Part shown: positions 35,969 to 49,000 of the stretch, piece by piece
How the letters are laid out: every line of letters begins with the position of its first letter
Numbering within the stretch: the stretch's first letter is position 1
NCBI RefSeq assembly: GCF_044704955.1
Contig: NC_091995.1
Location: 15,500,001-15,564,000 of the forward strand
DNA from: Pristiophorus japonicus
Lineage: Eukaryota
DNA length: 64,000 nt
Reading direction: 5' to 3'
Translations under genes and position numbers: made by a program
Notes under the pieces: model-generated
The model's input: the letters and a program-made list of their open reading frames with translations, nothing else
Database searches by the model: none
Told to the model about the DNA's origin: nothing

Positions 35969-36085
35969 CAGATCAGCCAGACACGAGCCGGCCAGCAGAA
36001 CAAGCGCACACCACACGAGCGGATTGTTGACGGTCAGAGCATGAACACGGTCGCCCAGCCCCGGACCGGACCTTCTGGAGCCCAT
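35969..36085 (-). CDS. ccn1l: CCN1/CYR61-like gene, coding exon 1 (signal peptide)
   Basis: ATG at 36085; MGSRRSGPGLGDRVHALTVNNPLVWCALVLLAGSCLADL (39 aa, hydrophobic core) ends at phase-0 donor CTG|GTAAGA and joins in frame to exon 2; CpG-rich surroundings. Confidence 0.82.
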
Positions 36086-36499
36086 GGTTATCTGAGCCCC
36101 CGTCTAACGCCGAAACCGCGCCGGAATTTCAAGCCAAGGTCAGAGCCGGAACGATTCACGTTAAAATCTGCTTGAAGACGGCAACCAAAAACTGGGGAGG
36201 CGGGAGTATAATAATGGTTTGGGAGGAGATTTGCAACTCGCTATTGGATTTGGCAGAGTCTCCGAGTTATCTTACCAGCAAAACTATTCTGAGCCCCCCG
36301 CACCCCCCCAAAAAAAATCCAGGGATGTGGGATCGGGTGTCCCTCACTTGACAGTGAGCACCAGCTGAGGGATCCACTGGATTTACTCTGCTGCCGACAG
36401 TGGAAGAAAGTTAGAGATCAGCTAGCAAGCAAAAAAAAACATCTTTTTCGTTGAGGAGCAGGTCAGTCGGAGTGATGCTGCTCCGCCTTGTCTAAGTCC

Positions 36500-36660
36500 C
36501 GAGTCTTCCCTCTGGGCTATGTGGTGTCTTTATTTATTTATACGCGCCCTTTGGTGGTCAGATAAGGTGCTCAGAAAGATAAACCTCGCGGTTACAATTC
36601 CTGGAGCGGCGCTGACTTGACACCACTGCGGTCTGCTTCTGAGAATGGTCCCCGGAGCGG
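36500..36660 (-). promoter_or_regulatory. candidate core promoter of the CCN1-like gene
   Basis: Minus-strand GGCGCGTATAAATAAA (TATA about 36542-36536) about 450 nt upstream of the ATG in non-repetitive CpG-containing DNA; two GATA motifs (AGATAA) and TEAD-like GGAATT/AGAATG upstream; TSS not verifiable. Confidence 0.45.
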
Positions 36661-36704
36661 CTTCCAGCTGCTCGCTGGGGACTGGCTTGTTGTTTTGACA
36701 TATA

Positions 36705-37730
36705 TCGAAAGAAAGAACTTGCATTTCTCTAGCGCCTTTCATCACCCCGGGGCCGCCCAAAGAGCTTCACAGCCAATGAAGCGCACGTTTGTGATGTAGG
36801 TAAACGCAACAGCCAATTAGCCCACAGCAAGCCCCCTCAATCTGAAATCCGAGAATCATAGAACAGTACAGCACAGAAGGAGGCCGTTTGGCCCATCTAT
36901 TCTGCCTTGCATAGTGACCTGATGAGCTATTTTAGTGATGTTAGTTGAGGAATAAATATTGGCCCAGGACACCGGGGATAACTCCCCTGCTCTTCTTCTA
37001 TCCGTGCAGTGGGATCTTTCATGTTCACCTGAGAGAACAGACGGAGCCTCGCTTTAACGTCTCATCTGAAAGGTGGCTCCTCTGACAGTGCAGCACTCCC
37101 TCAGCACTGCACTGGGAGTATCAGCCCGAGATTGTATGCTCAAGTCTCTGGAGTGGGACTCGAACCCACGACTTTCATAGAAACATGGAAAATAGGTGCA
37201 GGAGTAGGCCATTTGGCCCTTCGAGTCTGCACCGCCATTCAATAAGATCATGGAGATCATTCACCTCAGTACCCCATTCCTGCTTTCTCTCCATACCCTT
37301 GATTCCTTTAGCCGTAAGGGCCACATCTAACTCCCGCTTGAATATATCTAATGAACTGGCATCGACAACTCTCTGCAGAAGAGAATTTCACAGGTTAACA
37401 ACTCACTGAGTGAAGAAGTTTCTCCTCATCTCGGTCTTAAATGGCTTACCCCTTATCCTTGGACTGTGTCCCCTGGTGCTGGACTTCCCCAACATCGGGA
37501 ACATTCTTCCTGGATCTAACCTGTCCAGTCCCGTCAAAACTTTATATCTTTCTATGAGATCCCCTCTCATTCTTCTAAACTCCAGTGAATACAGGCCCAG
37601 TCGATCCAGTCTCTCCTCATATGTCAGTCCTGCCATCCCGGGAATCAGCCTAGTGAACCTTCGCTGCACTCCCTCAATAGCAATTTCTGACTTGGAAGCG
37701 AGAGAGTGCTACCCACTGAGCTATGGCTGA
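36705..37730 (-). mobile_element. DeuSINE split by a CR1 3' fragment (37176-37683)
   Basis: SINE body 36705-37175, head 37685-37730; CR1 ORF 37403-37669. Confidence 0.8.
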
Positions 37731-37879
37731 AAGGCAGGGAATGGGGCGGGAAGGGGTGAAGCTAGTATTTGGAAGCTAGGCCATTCATCCCTTTCCCATT
37801 CTCCCAGGATTCGAGAGTATAGACACCAACCATTTCCTGTCCTCGAGATCAAAATGTCATCACCAGCACTAAAACATCA

Positions 37880-38980
37880 TCATTATCAGCAGCATCATAG
37901 ACAGTCCCTCAAAATCGAGGAAGACTTGCTTCCACTCTAAAAGTGAGTTCTCAGGTGACTGTACAGTCCAATACGGGGATTACAGTCTCTGTCACAGGTG
38001 GGGCAGACAGTGGTTGAAGGAAAGGGTGGGCGGGGAGTCTGGTTTGCCACATGCTCCTTCCACTGCCTGCACTTGATTTCTGCCTGCTCTTGGCGATGAG
38101 ACTCGAAGTGCTCAGCGCCCTCCCGGATGCTCTTCCTCCACTTAGGAGGGTCTTTGGCCAGGAACTCCCAGGTGTCAGTGGGGATGTTGCACTTTATCAA
38201 GGAGGCTTTGAGGGTGTACTTGAAATGTTTCCTCTGCCCACCTGGGCTCGCTTGCTATGTAGGAGTTCCGAGTAGAGCGCTTGCTTTGGGAGTCTCGTGT
38301 CGTGAATGCAGTCGATGTGGCCCAACCAACAGAGCTAGTCGAGTGTGGTCAGTGCTGGGGATGTTGGCCTGATCAAGAACACTGATGTTGGTGCATCTAT
38401 CCTCTCAGGGGATTTGCAGGATCTTGCGGAGATATCGTTGGTGGTATTTCTCCAAAGATTTGAGGTGTCAACTGTATAAGGTCCACATCTCTGAGCCATA
38501 CAGGGGGGCGGGTATCACTACAGCCCTGTGGACCATAAGCTTGGTGCCAGATTTAAGGGCCTGATCTTCAAACACTTTCTTCCTCAGTTGACCGAAGGCT
38601 GCGCTGGCACACTGGAGGCGGTGTTGAACCTCGTCGTTGATGTCTGCCCTTGCTGACAATAGGCTCCCGAGGTATGGAAAGTGGTCCATGTTGTCCAAGG
38701 CTGTGCCGTGGATCTTGGTGACTGTGGGGGCAGTGCTGTGTGGCGGGATCAGGTTGGTGGAGGACCTTTGTCTTACGGATGTTTAGTGTAAGGCCCATAC
38801 TTTCGTATGCTTCGGTGAAGATGTTGACGATGGCTTGGAGTTCAGTCTTTGAATGTGTGCAGACGCAAGCGTCGTCCACGTACTGTAGTTCAACGACAGA
38901 GGATGGGACGGTCTTGGATCTGACCTGGAGGTGATGAAGTTGAACAGGTTCCCATTGGTTCGATAGTTTAATTCCACTGC
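37880..38980 (-). mobile_element. RTE-clade LINE 3' part
   Basis: LQY(M)DDAC RT motif, DHFPYLGS, CPTCDRDC..HLRTHF. Confidence 0.88.
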
Positions 38981-39279
38981 ACTAGTTCTACTAGAACAAG
39001 GGATGTGCTGAATACCCCTGATTGGTTTCCCCAGCACTGTGTCACATTACTATGCCTATAATGTCATTGTCTTTGTGTCTTTCTCCCAGTCGACTGGCAG
39101 GCTGGGATGGAAAGGAGAGATGGGCCCTTCTGACGGCTCAGTGAGTTGTGTGGGGGTAGGAATCATCCATGAAAGAGTAGGTTACAAGTTCATTCCTACT
39201 TCCGTGCATCATTACTGACATCAGTGGCCCTGGGATGGAGCCAGCCAGGTTCCTCACTTCTGGACATTGTTCAGTGACC

Positions 39280-39545
39280 TAGAAATCCAATCGGGAATTC
39301 AGAAGAAACTTCTTTACCCAGAGGGTGGTGAAAATGTGGAACTCACTACCACAGGGAGTGGTTGAGGCGAATAGTATCAATACATTTAAGGGGAGGCTGG
39401 ACAAGCATATGAGGAAGAAGGGAATAGTGGGTCTTGCGGATAGATTTAGATGAGGAAAGACGGGAGGAGGCTCGAGTGGAGCATAAATGCTGGCATGGAC
39501 TGGTTGGGCCGAATGGCCTGTTTCTGTGCTGTATACCCTATGTAA
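39280..39545 (+). mobile_element. CR1 3' end
   Basis: RNFFTQRVV.MWNSLP motif and 3' UTR. Confidence 0.72.
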
Positions 39546-40112
39546 TTCCCCTGCTCAAAGAGGCAAGTGGGCACATAATTGGCTGAGTTGAGGCTTACAA
39601 AGTCAGAGATGAGGAAGGCATTCCACCTACATAATTTGTTGTTGTTATTGTATCTTGGCACTCTTCCCTTGGAGTACAGTGCGATGTAATGGAAGGATTC
39701 ACAGGCAGTTTAACAGTCTGAAAGGGTGACATAGTTGTTGTTTTCATATATTCAATCTCTTCCCTTGGGGAACAGTGTGAAATGGTGGAATGATTCACAG
39801 GTGTCTGACAAGCCACGACTTCAAAGCTCCTTCCAAGGCCCGTAACTATCTTTATCCCAGCCCATTGAGGCGGGAATGGGGGTCAGGGAAAGGGAGGCAG
39901 AGATGGTCCTATAGGATGGGAGGGTTCTAATGGGCTCCCACAATGCTGAGGGGAGAGGAGACCACCTACAACCCACTGGGCGCAGGTATCTCGCTGGACG
40001 TCAGCCCAGAATTCAGAGTCCACTCGCTGGTACTATCAGGAGCGTGGGACGGGGGGGAAGGACCTCGAACCCTTCACCTCCTGACTCAAAGGCAGGAATG
40101 CTAACCACTCAT

Positions 40113-40575
40113 TGTCAGCTGTGGCTCAGTGGAGAGCACTCTCCAACCTCTGAGTCAGAAGGTTGTGGGTTCAAGTCCCACTCCAGGAACTTGAGCACAT
40201 AAATCTCAGCCGACGCTCCAGTGCAGTGCTGACGGAGTGCTGCACTGTCGGAGATGCCGTCTTTCAGATGAGTCGTTAAACTGAGGCCCCGTCTGCCTTC
40301 TCAGGTGGACATAAAAGATCCCATGGCACTATTTCGAAGAAGAGCAAGGGAGTTATCCCTTGTGTCCTGGCCAATATTGATCAACATCACCAACAGATTA
40401 TCTGGTCATTATCACATTGCTGTTTCTGGGAGCTTGCTGTGCACAAATTGGCTGCTGTGGTTCCCACATTACAACAGTGACTATACTTCAAAAGTACTTC
40501 ATTGGCTGTAAAGCGCTTTGTGACATCCGGTGGCTGTGAAAGGTGCTGTATAAATGCAAGTCTTTCTTTCTTTCT
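40113..40575 (+). mobile_element. DeuSINE
   Basis: Full copy. Confidence 0.82.
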
Positions 40576-40822
40576 CTCTATCTTTTTTTTTCTAACCCAA
40601 GGGCTCACTCCAGTCTATGTGATTCATCCAACCAGGAAGATCCTAAATTTCCCTCTCCCCCGTTTTCAAGGTCCAATCATTTCTTATGATTCCAGGGCTT
40701 TCTCCTCCACTACTTAATTTGAAAATCCATTCCACATGTTGATATTTGGCCTAAATTTACCCTTCACAAGTTTGAACCTGCATCCTACCCTATTAATGTA
40801 ATTCAGATGAAACTCCTGGGTT

Positions 40823-41405
40823 TCATAGAATCATAGAATGGTTACAGATTGCAAGAAGGCCATTCAGCCTGTCGAGCCCGTGCCGCCTCTCAGCTAGTCC
40901 CACTCCCCCGCCCTTTCCCCGTAGCCCTGCACATTTTTTTCCTTCAGATACTTATCCAACTCTGTGTTGAAATTGAGTCTGCCTCCACCACCCTTTCAGG
41001 CAGTGCATTTCAGATCCCAACCACTCGCTGCATGAAAAGGTTTCTTCTTGCATCGCTTTTGGTTCTTTTGCCAATCATCTTAAATCTGTGCCCTCTGGTT
41101 CTCGCCCTTTCTGCGAGTGGGAACAGTTTCTCTCCATCTACTTTGTCTCGACACCGCATGATTTTGAACACCTCTGTCAAAGCTCCTGTTAATCTTCGCT
41201 GCTCTAAGGAGAACAAACCCCAGCTTCTCCAGTCTATCAAAGTAACTGAATTCTTGGAATCATTCTCGTCAATCTTTTCTGCACACTCTCAAAGGCCTTC
41301 ACATCCTTCCTTAAGAGCGGGGCACAGAATTGGACAGAGTACTCCAGTTGGGGCCAAAGCTGTGTTTTAAACAGGTTCATCATCATTTCCACACTTTTGT
41401 CCTCT
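40823..41405 (-). mobile_element. CR1 3' fragment
   Basis: GLFSLEQRRLTG..RTRGHRFK. Confidence 0.8.
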
Positions 41406-41407
41406 CT

Positions 41408-42329
41408 GGGCTGGATGTTCGGTTGTCTACAGCCTCAGTTAGCGCCCAGAGGGGGTGTTAATGCGAGCGTTAGAGCTCAGCGACTGAGCTTGCAGCTTTT
41501 AGCGCCCTGACGGAAAATTCATTACAGGTTTAGCGGGGGGCACAAACCGCTAGCGCCTGGCTACTGACCATCACTCCGATCCCGGCGTCTGTCCAGATGC
41601 CTCATTTAGCGCCCGACAGTAACAACGCCTGGAAAAACGGTCAGTACAGCCTTGAAGAGCTGTTAACTGGTGGCTATGTAAAGGGATGAGGAAGCGCTTC
41701 CCTCGGTGGCCACAGCACGGTGCGTGAGTCTCCGAGTTTGTAGCGGCAGACAGACACAACAGTTTAGCTTGAGCAAAAGTATTTTGGAAAACTTTAATGA
41801 GAGCATTACTAGTTCGCCAGTGTCACATCCTACATGCTCTAGCAAGGCGGCGTCACGAGAGAAGGGCTGTTGACCATGTCGGTGGCCGAAGGAGGAGAGC
41901 CCCTAGATGTCGGTGCAGGAGACCTTACCCCCCCCCCCTCACGGCTTTACCAGCGGCAACACTCATACCTGGACTTCTCCGACGAGCAGTGTGTCAGAAT
42001 TAACATCTGCTTATGCTGTTTGACCTTGGACCTCAGATTCGGACCAAAGTGATCACACCAGCAGCAGCAACCCCAACACCAGCGACCTTTTCCTCAACGA
42101 CCTGATGCTCCATCGGAGAGAGGGAGTCAGCACAGGGCTGCACTGCGCCGGAGGCGATATCCCCAACACAGGGTATACAGGCAGAGGATGAGCTTCCTGG
42201 ACATGACTGAGTAGCAGTGCTTCAGGAGGCCAAGATATCGCACCAGGTCATCGCAGACATTAATGAATGCACACATTGACACCCCCTGTCGGCGCTACCT
42301 GAGCCTATAGACGACCAAAAATCCAGCCC
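41408..42329 (+). mobile_element. non-autonomous Harbinger derivative
   Basis: 25-bp TIR gggctggatgttcggttgtctacag / ctatagacgaccaaaaatccagccc (21/25); internal transposase N-terminal remnants (RRPYPP..QRQHSYLDFSDEQCVR; RRYPQHRVYRQRMSFLDMTE*QC). Confidence 0.75.
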
Positions 42330-42689
42330 TACCTCTTTGACCAAGCTCTTGTGTCACCTTCCCAATGTCTGCTGATGCGTCTCGGTGTCAAATATTTGTC
42401 GAATAATCGCTCCTGTGAAGTGCCTTGGGAGGTTGTACTACATTAAAGGCGCTATATAAAGGCAAGTTGTTTTCGTTACCAAACTTGGGAACACTTTGAG
42501 GATCAGTCCTGGGATCCTCCTAGTCTGTACGGCTCAGTCCCACACTGGGCAGATTGAATGAGCCACGAGGAGGGGAGAAGCCAGGAAGAGTGTGCCCTCC
42601 ATGGTCGAATAGCCCGCCTGACATCCGCCGTCTGATTTCAAACATTAAGTACTGTACAGCCACTTGGGTGAGATATCATTCATAGAGAA

Positions 42690-43121
42690 AGAAAAGAAAG
42701 ACTTGCATTTATATAGTGCCTTTCACGACCACCAGATGTCTCAAAGTGATTTACAGCCAATGAAGTGCTTTTGGAGTGTAGTCACTGTTGTAATGTAGGA
42801 AACATGGCAGCCAATCTGCGCACAGCAAATTCTCACAAACAGCAATGTGATAATGACTAGATAATCTGTTTTTTGTTATGTTGGTTGATGGATAAATACC
42901 GACCAGGACCCTGCTCTTCTTCGGAATAGTGCCATGCAGTGCCATGCGATCATTTACGTCCACTTACGTTTCATCCGAAAGATGACACCTTCGACAGTGC
43001 AGCACTCCCTCAGTACTGTACTGGAGTGTCAGCCGAGATTTTTGTGCTCACGTTTCTGAAGTGGGATTTGAACCCACTCTGACTCAGAGGCGAGAGTGCT
43101 GCCCACTGAGCCACAGCTGAC
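42690..43121 (-). mobile_element. DeuSINE
   Basis: Full copy. Confidence 0.8.
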
Positions 43122-43798
43122 ATAGAATCATATAAGTTTACGGCACGAAAGGAGGCCATTCAGCCCATCCTGTCTGTGCTGGCCAGCAAAGAGCTATCCA
43201 GCCTAATCCCGCGTTCCAGCTCTTGGTCCGTAGCCCTGCAGGTTAGGGCACTTGAAATGCATATGCAAGCATTGGGTGGTCAGTGTTTGTGAAACTACCT
43301 CCAGCAAGAGTCTCGCCTTTGCGGGAGGAGGACAGGAATAGTAAGAACATAGTAAAATGCCTTGCACCTGAGTGCCTTTTTCAGGCCATACTGACGCACT
43401 GTATTTGGCGATATCTGTACGAGGTGGGAATGCTTTCCCTGGAATTGGGAGGGATGTGTCCTGTTGATACACAGTTTGAGCTGTGTACTACGTCAGTTGT
43501 CCTTTCTGTGAACCCACTGATCCGCTCCGAAATATCTGTCAACTCACTGTCGTGATCCAACTGCACAAGGCTGATTACAGGCAGGAGACTGCATTAGTAC
43601 ACAGACTGGAGAGGGAGAGCCAGAGAAAGTGGCTAAATTTGACTTTGCTCAATATCCTAAAATGAGTGACAGTGAGTCGACAGCCCGCTTTACATCTCTC
43701 CCCATTTTTATTCCCAGCGAAGTCAATCGAGAGAGATGTAAGACCGGCGGCTGATTCGCCATCACCTGTTTTCGGCCCAAGGTCAAAATTAACCACCA

Positions 43799-43838
43799 GA
43801 GAGAGCGAGAGAGAGAGAGAGAGAGAGAGGGGGAGAGA
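43799..43838. repeat. (GA)n microsatellite
   Basis: Direct observation. Confidence 0.9.
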
Positions 43839-43914
43839 ATAACGGGATTCTGACCGAGAGGGTCAGATGGAGAGACAGAGAAATGGAAGGGTAAAACGAG
43901 ACAGGGACAAAGAG

Positions 43915-46900
43915 AATCATAGAAGTTTACAGCACGGAAGGAGATCATTTCGGCCCATCGTGTCCATGCTGGCCAACAAGAGGATATCCAGCCTAATCCC
44001 ACTTTCCAGTTCTTGGTCCGTAGCCCTGTAGGTTACAGCACTTTAAGTGCACATCCAAGTATTTTTTAAATGTGGTGAGGGTTTCTGCCTTGACCATCCT
44101 TTCAGACAATGAGTTCCAGACCCCCACAACCATCTGCGTGAAGAAATTTCCCCTCAAATCCCTTCTAAACTTTCTACCAATTACTTTAAATTTATGCCCC
44201 CTAGTTGTTGACCCCTCTGCTAAGGGAAATAGGCCCTTTCTATCCACTATACCTAGGCCCCTCATAATTTTATACACCTCAATGAGGCCTTCCCTTAGCC
44301 TCCTCTGTTCCAAGGAAAAGAAATCCAGCCTATCCAATCTGTCTTCATAGCTAAGATTCTCCATTCCCGGCAACATCCTCATAAATCTCCTCTGTACCCT
44401 CTCCAGTGCAATCAAGTCCTTCCTGTAATACGGTGACCAGAAATGTACGCAGTACTCCAGCTGTGGCCTAACCAGTGTTTTATACAGATCAAGCATAAAC
44501 CCCACTGCTCTTGTATTCTATGCTTCGGCTAATAAAGGCAAGCATTCCATATGCCTTCTTAACCACATCTACCTGGCCTGCTGTTTTCAGGGATCTGTGG
44601 ACATGCACTCCAAGGTCTCTTTGTTCCATTACACTTCTCAGTGTTATGCCATTTAATGTGTATTCTCTCTCCTTGTTAGCTCTCACCAAATGCATTACCT
44701 CACACTTCTCTGGATTAAATTCCATTTGCCACAGTTCTGCCCAGCAGTCTGCAGCTTTTTTCTTCATTATCAACCACGCAGCCAATTTTAGTATAATCTG
44801 AAAACGTTTTAATCATACCCCCTATATTCAAGTCTAGATCATTGATGTATATCACACAAAGCAAGGGACCCAGTACTGAGCCCTGCGGATTCCCACTGGA
44901 AACACTTCCAGTCAGAAAACACCCATCAGCCATTACCTTTTGCTTCCTGCCTCTGAGCCAATTTTGGATCCAACTTGCCACTTTGCCCTGGATCCCATGG
45001 GCTTTTACTTTCGTGACCAGTCTGCCATGTAGGACCTTATCAAAAACGTTGCTAATATCCATATACACTACATCATACACTTTACCCTCATCGACCCTCC
45101 TGGTTACCTCCTCGAATAATTCAATCAAGTTAGTCAGACACGACCTGCCCTTAACAAATCCGTGCTGACTGTCTGACTGTCCTTGAATAATTTGTGTCTT
45201 TCTAAGTGAAGATTTATCCTGCCCTTCAGACTTTTTCCAATAATTTTCCTAACACTGAGGTTAGGCTGACTGGCCTGTAATTACTCAGTCTATTCCTTTC
45301 TCCCTTCTTAAACAAAGGTACCACATTAGCAGTCCTCCAGTCCTCTGGCACCACATCTGAAACCAGAGAGGATTGGAAAATGATGGTCAAAGCCTCTGCT
45401 TTTTCCTGTTTTGCTTTGCTTAACAGCCTAGGATACATTTCATCAGGGCCTGGGGCCTTATCCACTTTCAAAGCTGCTAAACCGCTTAATACCTCCTCTC
45501 TCTCGATATTTATTTTATCTAATATTTCACACTTCTCCTCCATAGTGCTTGCATCACCCCTCTCGTTTGTGAAAACAGGCACAAAGTATTCATTAAGAAC
45601 CATAACCACATCATCTGCCTCCACACACAGATTATCCTCATGGTCTCTAATAGGTCCTACCCTTTCTTTAGTTATCCTCTTGCTCTTAACATATTTATAA
45701 AACATCTTTGAGTTTTCCGTGATTTTACTTGCCAAGAATTTTTCATACTCTCTCTTTGCTTTCCTAATATCCTTTTTAATTTCACCCCTGGATTTTCTAT
45801 ATTCCTCGAGAGATTCTGCAACACTTAGCCCTCGGTATCTGTCATAAGCCTCCCTTTTTTTCTTTATCTTATCCTGTATGTCTCTTGACATCCAGGAGGC
45901 TCTAGATTTGTTAGTCCCACCCTTTTTCCTTAAGGGCACATATTTGGCCTGAACCCTCCAGATCTCCTTCTTGAATGCCTCCCAGTGCTCTGACACTGAT
46001 TTACCTTCAAGTAGCTGTTTCCAGTCCACTATGGCCAAATCACCTCTCAGCTTAGCAAAGTTGGCTTTTCCCCAATTTAGAACTTTTATCTCTGGTCTAT
46101 CCTTGTCCTTTTCCATAACTATAAATCCAGCTGAATTATGGTCACTATTCTCATCATCATAGGCAGTCCCTCGAAGCGAGGATGACTTGCTTCCACACCA
46201 AAAAGGGATGAGTTCACAGATGTTTCAACGAAGGACCGAATATTCCAGATCACGAACTATATCTTGAAGGATGGAAGATGCCTGTGCGAGGATTTTTTTA
46301 ACTTGTGGTGGCCGTTGCACACCAGCCACCACATGGGCTTGACAGAGCTAGGTCTTGGTCCTGTGGCAAGGATTACCCAAGACTAACTGGAGACCAGCTC
46401 TGTTGCACAGACTGAGCGTGCACACATATTGCAGTGTGGGCTGGCCCGTGCTGCCCCTGGGCCCTCGCCTCTTCAGTGCCCCAAACTCACGCCTCTCCTG
46501 GGCCCCGGTCACTTCCCTCTACGGACTCTTGCCGCTCTTTCACCCCTCCTGCTATGCCTGCCCGCACTGCAACCAGCGACCTGGCTTTGCAATCGATACC
46601 CTCCTGCAGCAGCACGCGCTGTTCCCTGCAGTGGCACGCTATCGCACACTTCTCCCTCCAAAGGCCCCGGCCTGCTGATGGTCTTGCAGGCCCGGAGCAT
46701 GCCGATTTCTAGGCTGGGTCACCGCACGCCTCTCCCTCCAATGGCCCCGGCCTGCTGATGGTCTTGCAGGCCGGGACCGTGCCAATTTTCGGGCTGAGCT
46801 GCTGCATGCTGCTCCCTCCAATTTGGTCACTAGCACCTAAATGCTCTCCCACTGATACCCCTTCCACCTGCCCATCTTCATTCCCCAAAACTAAATCCAG

Positions 46901-47113
46901 AACCGCCCCTCCCATGTTGGGCTTGCTACATACTGGCTAAAAAAGTTCTCTTGAATGCATTTTAAGAATTCTGCACCCTCTATACCCTTCACCTTAATTT
47001 TGGCCCAGTTAATATTATGATAGTTGAAATCCCCGACTATTACTGCCTGATAGTTTTTGCACTTCTCAGAAATTTGCCCACATATTTGTTCTTCTATCTC
47101 CCTCTCACTGTTT
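43915..47113 (-). mobile_element. CR1 LINE (endonuclease to 3' end), fragmented, with insertion 46152-46820
   Basis: ORFs 46891-47148 (IVGDFN), 45226-46116 (APGPD, NYRPVSLTS), 44715-45128, 43993-44505. Confidence 0.9.
46152..46820 (-). mobile_element. RTE-tailed non-autonomous element/SINE
   Basis: Shares the RTE 3' tail (catcatcataggcagtccctcga..gacttgcttccac); homologous + strand copy at about 59300-60090 split by a CR1; internal about 78-bp duplication. Confidence 0.6.
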
Positions 47114-47344
47114 GAGAAAGCAGAGAGCAGATGGGGAAGTAAATACATTCATGGAAAAACGAGGAAGGGAAGAGATAGAGAGAGTGAGAGCACAAGAGAA
47201 TTGTGGAAGCTGAAGGCCATTCTGTCCATCTGAAAGAAATTGTGGATTGGAAAAAATTGTGAATTGTAAAAAAATAATCGTCTTATACAGGTTCTCTAGC
47301 TCAGCAGAGTGCCTAAGTTGATGACACAGAAGGATTCCAATTAC

Positions 47345-47720
47345 ATCAACAACAACAACCTGTATTTATATAGTACCTTTAATATAGTGAAACATCCCAA
47401 GGCACTTACCGGTGTATTATGAGCTAAAAAAAATTGACACCGAGCCACATAAGTAGAAATTAGGGCAGGTAACCAAAAGCTTGGTCAAAGAGGTAGGTTT
47501 TAAGAAGCGTCTTGAAAGTGGAAAGAGAGGTAGAGAGGTGGAGAGGTTTAGGGAGGGAGTTCCAGAGCTTAGGGCCGAGGCAACAGAAGGCACGGCCACC
47601 GATGGTGGAGCGATTATAATCAGGGATGCTCAAGAGGGCAAAATTAGAGGAGCGCAGACATCTTGGGGGGCGGGGGGGGGGGGGGGGAGGTTGTGGGGCT
47701 AGAGAAGATTACAGAGATAG
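47345..47720 (-). mobile_element. L2 3' end
   Basis: Same L2 family. Confidence 0.8.
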
Positions 47721-47721
47721 G

Positions 47722-48229
47722 GCATCAGATAAGGAGTTGTACAGAGAGCTCAGTTACACAGGCATAATGCAAAAACAACCCTTGATAAGAGGGCTCATGA
47801 GGAACCTTGAGATAAACAAACTGTCCAAGCGAAGGTATGATCTCATGGGATGGGGGAGGTTTTTTTCACCTGAGAGTCGAGACAAAGAACTCAACGTACC
47901 ATTGGGTATCTCAGTTTGGGAAGAGCCCTTACAGGTTAGATAGTCCTGACCACCTTCTACCCCAGGTCTACCGCTAAAGAGAAAACAAAAGAGATATCTA
48001 AAGGACTTTTTAGTACTGACGGTGGAGGGAAGAGCTGTTTGCACACACCAACCATCAGTCCGATCGGGACCGATACCAGCTGCTGGTCACAGTCATATGT
48101 CTAGTATGTGTATCCTGATTATGTGTTGTATTTGACTATATTTGAAGTACCGTTCCTTAATAAAAAGGCCTTTGACGCCGAAGACATTTTTTGTATAATC
48201 TATGTGTGCTGTGTGATCCAACTCTTACA
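47722..48229 (+). mobile_element. possible partial LTR
   Basis: Non-coding; AATAAA about 48159 followed by GT-rich sequence ending ...ttacaca; end resembles 43550-43567 (gtgatccaact). Confidence 0.35.
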
Positions 48230-48534
48230 CATCTTAATTTATCCATCCAGAGAGAACACCTCCATTGCTGAATCTAATTGTTTCTTAAATGATTCCAGTG
48301 TTTTTGCCTCCACTACTCTGTCTGGAAGATGATGCCAAGTGTTAATCACTCTGTTGTGTCTCTGTGTGAAGAATAATTTCCTAACCTCAATCCACAACTT
48401 GCTTTGTGACTTTCAATCCATGCCATTTTGCCTTGCTGTCAGATTTTAGTTTGAAGTAGTATTTTGCATTTACCTTCTCCACTTCCTTAACAACTTGTAC
48501 ACCTCTAGATGACCTGTCAGATACCTCCTTACTA

Positions 48535-49000
48535 GACTCTCACCTCTGAGTCAGAAGGTTGTGGGTTTGATTCCCACTTCAGAGACATGAGCACAAAATC
48601 TAGGCTGAGACTCCCAGTGCAGTACAGAGGGAGTGCTGCACTGTCGGAGGTGCTATCTTTCAGATGCAGCGAGTTATGATCTGGAACGCAGTGTCTGAAA
48701 GGGGTGCTGGAAGAAGATTCAATAAAGACTGAAAGAATTATATTTATATAGCGTCTCACACGACCTTAGGTTGTGTAAAGCACTTTACTGCTAATGAAGT
48801 ACTTCTTCAAGTGTAGTCACTGTTGCAATGTAGGAAACCCGGTAATCAATTTGAGCACAGCAAGCTCCCACAAACATCAATATGATAATGATTGGATAAT
48901 CTGTTCTTAGTGATGTTGGTTGAGGGATACATAATGGCCAGCACACCAGGGAGAACTCCCCTGCTCTTCTTCGAAATAATGCCATGGGATCTTTTACATC
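48535..49000. mobile_element. DeuSINE fragments in opposite orientations
   Basis: 5' part on + (48535-48665), 3' part on - (48730-49000). Confidence 0.7.

Noticed and set aside
40113-40190. tRNA genes
   Set aside because: A/B-box heads of tRNA-derived SINEs, continuous with SINE bodies in many copies
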